Below the pieces are notes generated by a model. The model did no database searches and had not been told where the DNA came from. It saw only the letters and a list, made by a program, of their open reading frames with translations. From Alkalispirochaeta sp. (GTDB lineage: Bacteria; Spirochaetota; Spirochaetia; DSM-27196; Alkalispirochaetaceae), in the NCBI GenBank assembly GCA_965601925.1, contig OZ271854.1:640001-704000 (forward strand): 64,000 nucleotides of DNA. The letters are read 5' to 3'. Shown here piece after piece: positions 58,105-64,000 of this stretch. The stretch's first letter is position 1, and each line of letters starts with the position of its first letter. The position numbers were made by a program, and so were the translations under genes.

Positions 58105-59466
58105 TCACGGTCGTACCGCAATCCGCTCCGGAACGTCCAGCTCGATCCTACGGAGCCACATTCCGGACCGTAGCATCAAGAACCCGACCGTGGCCGTTAC
58201 GATGTTGGAGATGAACATGGCGTACCAAATGCCGTCGGGGCCCAATCCGACGCGCCACGCCAGGAGCATGGCCAAAGGAACGCGCAAACCCCACAGGCGA
58301 ATAATGTTGAGCACCATGATCGGCCGGGTGACGCCGCCGCCCTGGAAGGCGCCGTTGATGACCGTAAAGAGGGTAAACGGTACCACAGAGACCGATACGA
58401 TGCGAAAAAGGGTCGCCCCATGCACCGCGACCTCCGGATCGTCGACGAAGAAGCGCACGACCGAGTTTCCGAAGAAGAAGGTAAGCGTCATCGCCGGGAC
58501 GATAAATGCCAACATGGCCGACACGCTCACGCGGACCGCACGGCGGGCGGCATCCGTCGATCCGGCACCCAACTCCTGGCCCACCAACGCGGCGGTCGCT
58601 CTGGACAGGCCGATCGCCGGCATATTGAATACACCGATGACGCGGTTCCCGACTCCGAAGGCGGCCACAACGGCGACGCCGAATCCGTTCACCACCCCCT
58701 GCAGAACCGTGAAGCCCAGCGCTGCTACCGCCTGACCCGTAGCGAGGGGGAAGCCGATGGAAAGAAGACGTCGCCACGCGCGGCGGTCGGGGCGAAGATC
58801 CGACGGGTGCACGGTGACGTCGTTCCGCCGACGGAGAAGCATCACGACAATCGCCGCGGCTGAGACGGCTCGACTGATGAGCGTTGCCGTGGCCGCACCG
58901 GCTACTCCGAGGGCCGGTATGGGGCCGAGCCCGAATATGAACACGGGATCCAATACCGCGTTGAGCGCCACCGTGGCCAGTTGGACCCGCAACGGCGTTA
59001 CCGAATCGCCGACGCCCTGCAACACCCCTTGCAGGACAAAGAAGAAAAACATGAACGGAGAGGCGGCGAAGATGATCTGCATATAGACTCGCGTCTCTCC
59101 GAGCACGGCGGTGGGGACGCGCAACAGCCACAGAAGGGGACCGATCGCCGCCAGCCCGACGACACACACAACGAGTCCCGTGGCGGTGACCAACCCGACC
59201 GTTTGGGCGGCGAAAAAGTCGACCTCACGACGGCGTCCCGCCCCATGCGCCTGAGACACAAGGGTTGTACCGGCCTGAGAAAAGGCCATTCCGAAGACGC
59301 TTAGAAAGAAGACGACATTAAACGCAATGGAGGGAGCCGATACCGCCTCGGCGCTGAGGCGCCCCAGAAACCACGCATCCACCAGGCTATAGGCGACCTG
59401 CAACAGGTTGGTGAGCATAATAGGTACTGCCAAGCGGAGCAGGCGGGATACGGTTCGAGTGGTCAC
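58105..59466 (-). CDS. MATE family efflux transporter (start approximate)
   Basis: LAVPIMLTNLLQ..YSLVD, GDSVTP, NAVLDP.FIFG, GVAGAATATLIS, GQELGAG. Confidence 0.9.
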   Translation of the reverse strand: MTTRTVSRLLRLAVPIMLTNLLQVAYSLVDAWFLGRLSAEAVSAPSIAFNVVFFLSVFGMAFSQAGTTLVSQAHGAGRRREVDFFAAQTVGLVTATGLVVCVVGLAAIGPLLWLLRVPTAVLGETRVYMQIIFAASPFMFFFFVLQGVLQGVGDSVTPLRVQLATVALNAVLDPVFIFGLGPIPALGVAGAATATLISRAVSAAAIVVMLLRRRNDVTVHPSDLRPDRRAWRRLLSIGFPLATGQAVAALGFTVLQGVVNGFGVAVVAAFGVGNRVIGVFNMPAIGLSRATAALVGQELGAGSTDAARRAVRVSVSAMLAFIVPAMTLTFFFGNSVVRFFVDDPEVAVHGATLFRIVSVSVVPFTLFTVINGAFQGGGVTRPIMVLNIIRLWGLRVPLAMLLAWRVGLGPDGIWYAMFISNIVTATVGFLMLRSGMWLRRIELDVPERIAVRP

Positions 59467-59748
59467 GATATGACAATGTACTTCAAATAGATCGAAGACC
59501 GCCACATGACACGAACACCGCTCCGTTTGATGAACGCACGGCCCGTTGACGAAGCATCCTTGCGGCACGGCGTCTCACAGTGTCCAAACGAGGACGGCAA
59601 ACCTACGACATAACCCTTCGACCTTCCGCTAAACGCGGTGCCGATCGTCGGCGTTGTAGCGGGATCCGCCGAGAATCTTTCGCACCGTACTACGCTCAAT
59701 CGCGGGACCGGCGGGTCTGAGGATGCTCCTTGTCGTATAGCCTCGGGT

Positions 59749-60285
59749 CTACCAAAACCGACCGCGACTGCGATCGTCCCCACGAGATCGGCCGCCCCGC
59801 AATACATCGAAGAGCGAGTACAAGACGACGCAAACCGGCAACACGACGAGGAGCACAACGCCGAGCAACACCTCGGCTCGATTCCACGGAATGTGCCGTA
59901 TCAACACCGCCTCGGCGGGATCGTCGGGATTGTAGTAGACCGGTACGCGCTCGCCGGCGCCCAGACCGAAGCGATCCCCATAGGTTCCCGCCCGCTCAGC
60001 GGAGCGATACACCCAGTCGAACACGGCGATCCGCGTCGACTCGTATAGCCGTCCGTCGATCTCATAGTGGTACAACGCAAAAAGCCGAAAGCGTTCTCCC
60101 GGCGCACGACTATCGCCGGGCTCGCCGGCACGCACCGCCGCGAACTCCTCAATGAGACCGAGCGTCGCCGGCCATTCCAGCGTCTCGGTGTGGCGTGACA
60201 AAATCAACACCGCCGATAACACGAAGAACGTCGCCGTGAGCGTTCTCAGTCCGAATCGAATCAGGGCCCTGCCCACTCTTTTCAT
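59749..60285 (-). CDS. DUF3592 family membrane protein
   Basis: TM, WPATLG, YHYEIDGRLY, VPVYYNPDDPAEAVL, TM. Confidence 0.78.
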   Translation of the reverse strand: MKRVGRALIRFGLRTLTATFFVLSAVLILSRHTETLEWPATLGLIEEFAAVRAGEPGDSRAPGERFRLFALYHYEIDGRLYESTRIAVFDWVYRSAERAGTYGDRFGLGAGERVPVYYNPDDPAEAVLIRHIPWNRAEVLLGVVLLVVLPVCVVLYSLFDVLRGGRSRGDDRSRGRFW

Positions 60286-60458
60286 GCGTTATCTATCCTT
60301 CGCCCCCGGCCGTGCCGATCGGTTTGCCGACGTCCCCGACGAAACTCCCGTACTGTCGCACATAATCGACACGAAGCGCGACCCCCGGACCCGTGCGACG
60401 ATCAGCGGCGCTGCAAACACCCTTGATATGGAGCGCTTTGCCCCGCATACTTCAATTG

Positions 60459-61454
60459 GTGAACGTCTCATCTCGGAGCCGCTTGGACCGCATTGCTAAG
60501 CTGAGTATAACCGTTGCGTTCCTCGGCATCGCGGTACAACTCTACCGTCTGTTTATCGAGCTCTCCCGATTCCGGGCCTTTGCGGCGACGGTGGTCAGTC
60601 TCTCGCTGGAGGCACTTCCGTTTCTCATTCTCGGTTCGGTGGCCGCGGCGGCGGTACGAGTCTTTGCTCCCGGCGACGCGCTGCGACGGATCGCCCGACG
60701 CATGGGTCCGGCCGGTATTCCGATCGCCGCGCTGACCGGCATCGTCGCTCCGGTGTGTGAATGCGCCATCGTCCCCACCGTGGCCGGACTACGCGACCGA
60801 GGGCTGCCCCTCCCCTACGCGGTTACGGTCCTTACGGCGGTACCCCTCTTTAATCCGATCGTGTTAGCCTCAACGATCGCGGCATTTCCCGGTCGTCCCG
60901 AGCTCGTTGCGGCACGATTCGGCGGAGGATTCGCCGTTGCGATCCTCACCGGGTTGGTGTTCTATGTAGTCGAGACGGCGCGGGGTGGCAATGCAGCGGA
61001 CGCCGCTCCGGTCGACCCAATTACGAAGTCGGTTCGGATACCGCTCTCGCGCCGTATAGCGGCCCTCGCGGGCGACGCGCTGGATGAGTTTCTGGAAGTC
61101 ACGCGATACTTCATGGTAGGAGTGCTTCTGTCCTCCCTCGTTCAGGTGATGGTTCCGGTTGATTTTTTCGCGACCCTTGGGTCCTCCGCGCTCTTGGCCG
61201 GGTTGGCGATGATCGCGTTGGCCTTCATCCTGTCGGTCTGCAGCGAGGCCGATGCTTTCATCGCCAAGGCTTTTTTGCCGCTCCTGCCCGCCTCGTCGGT
61301 GATCGCTTTCCTCGTTTTCGGACCGATGTTGGATCTCAAGAACACGGCAATGCTTCACCGCGTCATGACCGGACGCCACATTCTCACGCTTGCCGCCGCA
61401 CTGACGACCTTCGTTATTGCGTTGGTATTTGTATTGGAGGCGCTATGGGCGTAA
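60459..61454 (+). CDS. DUF318 (YcgR/ArsP-like) permease
   Basis: LEALPFLILG, PVCECAIVP, SVCSEADAF, FLVFGPMLDLKN. Confidence 0.88.
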   Translation: MNVSSRSRLDRIAKLSITVAFLGIAVQLYRLFIELSRFRAFAATVVSLSLEALPFLILGSVAAAAVRVFAPGDALRRIARRMGPAGIPIAALTGIVAPVCECAIVPTVAGLRDRGLPLPYAVTVLTAVPLFNPIVLASTIAAFPGRPELVAARFGGGFAVAILTGLVFYVVETARGGNAADAAPVDPITKSVRIPLSRRIAALAGDALDEFLEVTRYFMVGVLLSSLVQVMVPVDFFATLGSSALLAGLAMIALAFILSVCSEADAFIAKAFLPLLPASSVIAFLVFGPMLDLKNTAMLHRVMTGRHILTLAAALTTFVIALVFVLEALWA

Positions 61455-62362
61455 AACGTATAATCCTGCCGATCGCGGTTACTCTCACGGCGCTCGCGAT
61501 CTTCGGCATCCTCGTCGCGGCTACCGCAAACGGTACGGTGCGCACGATACTCAACCCGCGTATTCTTCCTCGAACGCTCGCAGGCGCGGGCGCACTGCTT
61601 ATACTCGCTGTTTGGCGCCTGTGGCGCGCGATATCGTCACCCGACGCGTGCCACGCGGAAGACGATCATTCCCATGTGCATCAACACTCCCACGGATCGT
61701 CCGTGTTTCGTCGAATCTGGCCGCTGGTGTTGCCCCTCACGCTCCTACCCGCCTCGACGAGTCACCGTTCGGTCGACTATAGCTCGATTCGACTCTTCAC
61801 CGCCGGCGGCGCCGGCATCGCTTCGTCGGACACCCCCGTCGTGCCGCCCCCCGGAGACGAGTTGTGGGTGGACGAGCCCAATACCGCACTCCTCGACGCG
61901 GTCGCCGAGGTCACCGGACTAGCGTCTACGACGGATGAACGCGTCGCCGAGCTCGACGCTTTGGCCCGGTCCTCGGGGATCATCGCCATCGAGGAGGAGA
62001 ACTTCTCGCGGCGTATCGATCTATTGTGGGATGCGCCGGACCGCTTTGTCGGTCGCACCGTCGAGCTCACCGGGTTTGTGTATCGCAGGCCCGACTGGCC
62101 TATGGATACCTTCGTGGTTGCGCGTCTCTCGATCTGGTGTTGCGTCGCCGACGCCGCCGTCGTGGGACTCCTCGTACAGGTGCCGGATGTACACTCCGCG
62201 CCGCCGGACGGCACGTGGATCGATATTCGCGGCGCGGTCGCGCGACGTGACGAGTTCAGGGCGGAGCCGTTGGCGATGGAACATGTGCCCGAGCTGACCG
62301 ATGTTACGTGGACGGTTGTCGATCCTCCCGAATTCGAGTACGTATTTCCCATAGGGTGGTAG
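61445..62362 (+). CDS. TIGR03943/DUF1980 (YcgQ-like) membrane protein
   Basis: His-rich loop CHAEDDHSHVHQHSH; GFVYR, RLSIWCCVADA. Confidence 0.85.
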   Translation: MGVKRIILPIAVTLTALAIFGILVAATANGTVRTILNPRILPRTLAGAGALLILAVWRLWRAISSPDACHAEDDHSHVHQHSHGSSVFRRIWPLVLPLTLLPASTSHRSVDYSSIRLFTAGGAGIASSDTPVVPPPGDELWVDEPNTALLDAVAEVTGLASTTDERVAELDALARSSGIIAIEEENFSRRIDLLWDAPDRFVGRTVELTGFVYRRPDWPMDTFVVARLSIWCCVADAAVVGLLVQVPDVHSAPPDGTWIDIRGAVARRDEFRAEPLAMEHVPELTDVTWTVVDPPEFEYVFPIGW

Positions 62363-62387
62363 AGATTCGCGCCGCAAAGGGGGTGTT

Positions 62388-62885
62388 GTGATCGGTACTA
62401 TAGGAGCGACGGTCGCCGGCTCCGTTTTGATTCTTGCCGCGGTGGTGGGTTGCGTAGTCCCGGTGATTCCGGGACCGATTCTGGCGGCGGCGGCGTTATA
62501 CGTGTTATCGCTCGCCGCAGGGTGGTCCGTCTTTTCATGGCCCGTCTTGATCGGGTGGACCGTCGCGGCAGCGGCCGTACAGATTCTCGACAACATCTTA
62601 CCGGCCCGTGCAGCCGGTCGCGCGGGCGCGGGTCCGGGCGGTGTGTGGGGGAGCGTGGTCGGCATGCTCGCCGGGACGATTCTCTTTCCACCGTTCGGCG
62701 TCTTCATCGGCGCGTTCGTCGGTGCGTGGGTGGGCGAGATACTCTTTCATCGCGAGAACGAAGAGCCCCTGAAGGCGGCTTTCGCGGTCTTTCGCGGTAC
62801 CTTGGGAGCAATCGTTCTCAAACTTGCGGTAACCGGAGCGATCGGATTCGTATTCGTACGCGGCGCCGTCCGCCTCTTTGCATAG
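62388..62885 (+). CDS. DUF456 family membrane protein
   Basis: GCVVPVIPG, GVWGSVVG, GAFVGAWVGE. Confidence 0.85.
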   Translation: MIGTIGATVAGSVLILAAVVGCVVPVIPGPILAAAALYVLSLAAGWSVFSWPVLIGWTVAAAAVQILDNILPARAAGRAGAGPGGVWGSVVGMLAGTILFPPFGVFIGAFVGAWVGEILFHRENEEPLKAAFAVFRGTLGAIVLKLAVTGAIGFVFVRGAVRLFA

Positions 62886-62917
62886 TGTACCGACCGTAGT
62901 GCGGTACGAAGCGGCGC

Positions 62918-64000
62918 CTATGCGTCCTCTTCATCGGCGGCCGATATCACGAAGGTACTCACGCGACCGGCGAGTTCCTCCGCCTCTCGAGTCAGCGAAG
63001 CGACAAGAGCCTGTACGCGATCGATTTCCTCGCCTGAGCTGTGCGCCTGGCGATTGATGCGATCGCTCTCTCTGCGCACCTCGCCCGCAAGCGACTCCAT
63101 GGAAGACAACGACGTGCGCACTTGCTGCGCCTCCTCGTCGGCGGACTGTACGCTTGTGCGCGTCGCCTCTGAGGACTCGCGAAGAGTATGCAGCCGACCG
63201 GCCAACTCACGATGTTGAGCCTCCAAACGATCGGTGTCGGCGGCGATCGTCTCCAGTGCACCGCTTACCCGTCCGATCTCCTCTTCGAACCGCACGAAGG
63301 TATCGCTCGTCTCGCTACTGATCTGCGACGCCTGCCGAATCATGACCACCAAGTCCTTCAGAACCGTAGCGATGTTGTGAGAGCTGTCTCCCGCTTCGGT
63401 CGAGAGCTTACGGATTTCATCGGCCACGACCGCGAAGCCCTTCCCCGCCTCGCCGGCGTGGGACGCCTCGATCGCGGCGTTCATAGCGAGGAGATTGGTC
63501 TGCTCGGCTATGCTCTGGATGAGATCGATGAAGTCGTTGATCCCCTCGACCCGGGCGGCGGTATCACCCATGAGCGTGCTGCTACGCCCGGCACTCTCGC
63601 TTGAGGTACGCGTCGCCTCCTGCAGTGCAGCCGAAGCGCTGCGCGCCTCGTGCGCTCGCTCTAAGCTTCCGGCAAGCGTCTTTTCCATATCGGCAAGGGA
63701 CTCAACGAGCCCGTCGATGGTGACGTCCTCGGTCTCGACGCGTTCGGCGAGAACATGCACGTGTTCGGCAATGCCGCCGACTCTTCGTGTCGACTCCTCT
63801 ACGTGATCGCCGAGATGGCCGATCTCTTCGGCGATGGCGCCGGTATCGACGCCGATCGACCGAAAGGACTCGAGTGCGCCGTCGGCAAACTGCTTCAGCT
63901 GATGGCCCGCCTCGACCGTGCGAGCCGTCCCTTGCGTAATGCCGTCGATCACGTGGCCGAACTGACCGAGCAAGGAGTCGACCGCAGCGGCGATGCGCCC
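62918..64000 (-). CDS. Methyl-accepting chemotaxis protein, C-terminal part (runs off the window)
   Basis: [34 protein letters not shown]. Confidence 0.9.
   Translation of the reverse strand, partial: GRIAAAVDSLLGQFGHVIDGITQGTARTVEAGHQLKQFADGALESFRSIGVDTGAIAEEIGHLGDHVEESTRRVGGIAEHVHVLAERVETEDVTIDGLVESLADMEKTLAGSLERAHEARSASAALQEATRTSSESAGRSSTLMGDTAARVEGINDFIDLIQSIAEQTNLLAMNAAIEASHAGEAGKGFAVVADEIRKLSTEAGDSSHNIATVLKDLVVMIRQASQISSETSDTFVRFEEEIGRVSGALETIAADTDRLEAQHRELAGRLHTLRESSEATRTSVQSADEEAQQVRTSLSSMESLAGEVRRESDRINRQAHSSGEEIDRVQALVASLTREAEELAGRVSTFVISAADEEDA

Noticed and set aside
1..64000. CRISPR arrays, IS elements, prophage, rRNA or tRNA genes
   Set aside because: No regularly spaced direct repeats, transposase/integrase motifs or structural RNA signatures seen by eye.

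Overview
GC-rich bacterial chromosome segment, probably from a free-living anaerobic spirochaete (Spirochaetaceae-like). That assignment is inferred from AGGGQE/AGGSKE/AAGRRE-type N-termini on exported proteins and from three MCP genes. About 68 CDS are supported; I saw no rRNA, tRNA, CRISPR array or transposase. Main blocks: (1) ptsI-like, msrA, NlpC/P60-MORN, icd; (2) a two-TM sensor-like protein with a C-terminal Schlafen/AlbA_2 domain, then ada, an EEP hydrolase, a histidine kinase, add and EVE; (3) a Cys-tailed SigZ-like ECF sigma factor and arsM, which share a GAAAC-N16-CGTC promoter motif; (4) a taurine/sulfonate-type ABC transporter whose ATPase appears to start at ATA; (5) HxlR, MarR and TetR modules with visible operators; (6) a GghA-like glucosylglycerol hydrolase; (7) a ~12 kb tungsten island (mog, moaE, two moaD/thiF pairs, aor behind a P3-less Moco/Tuco riboswitch, tupABC, moeA, moaA, moaC, mop, split mobB); (8) a DUF1028-DUF952 fusion and an RHH/Cys-His regulator next to a metal ABC transporter; (9) a PocR-AraC-linked corrinoid methyltransferase operon (DUF1638, RACo, corrinoid protein, UroD-fold MT fused to a thioredoxin-like domain, CobW); (10) a truncated lipoprotein ClpP, MATE and DUF318/DUF1980 permeases. 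Many genes look leaderless. All calls come from motif recognition by eye; no database searches were run.
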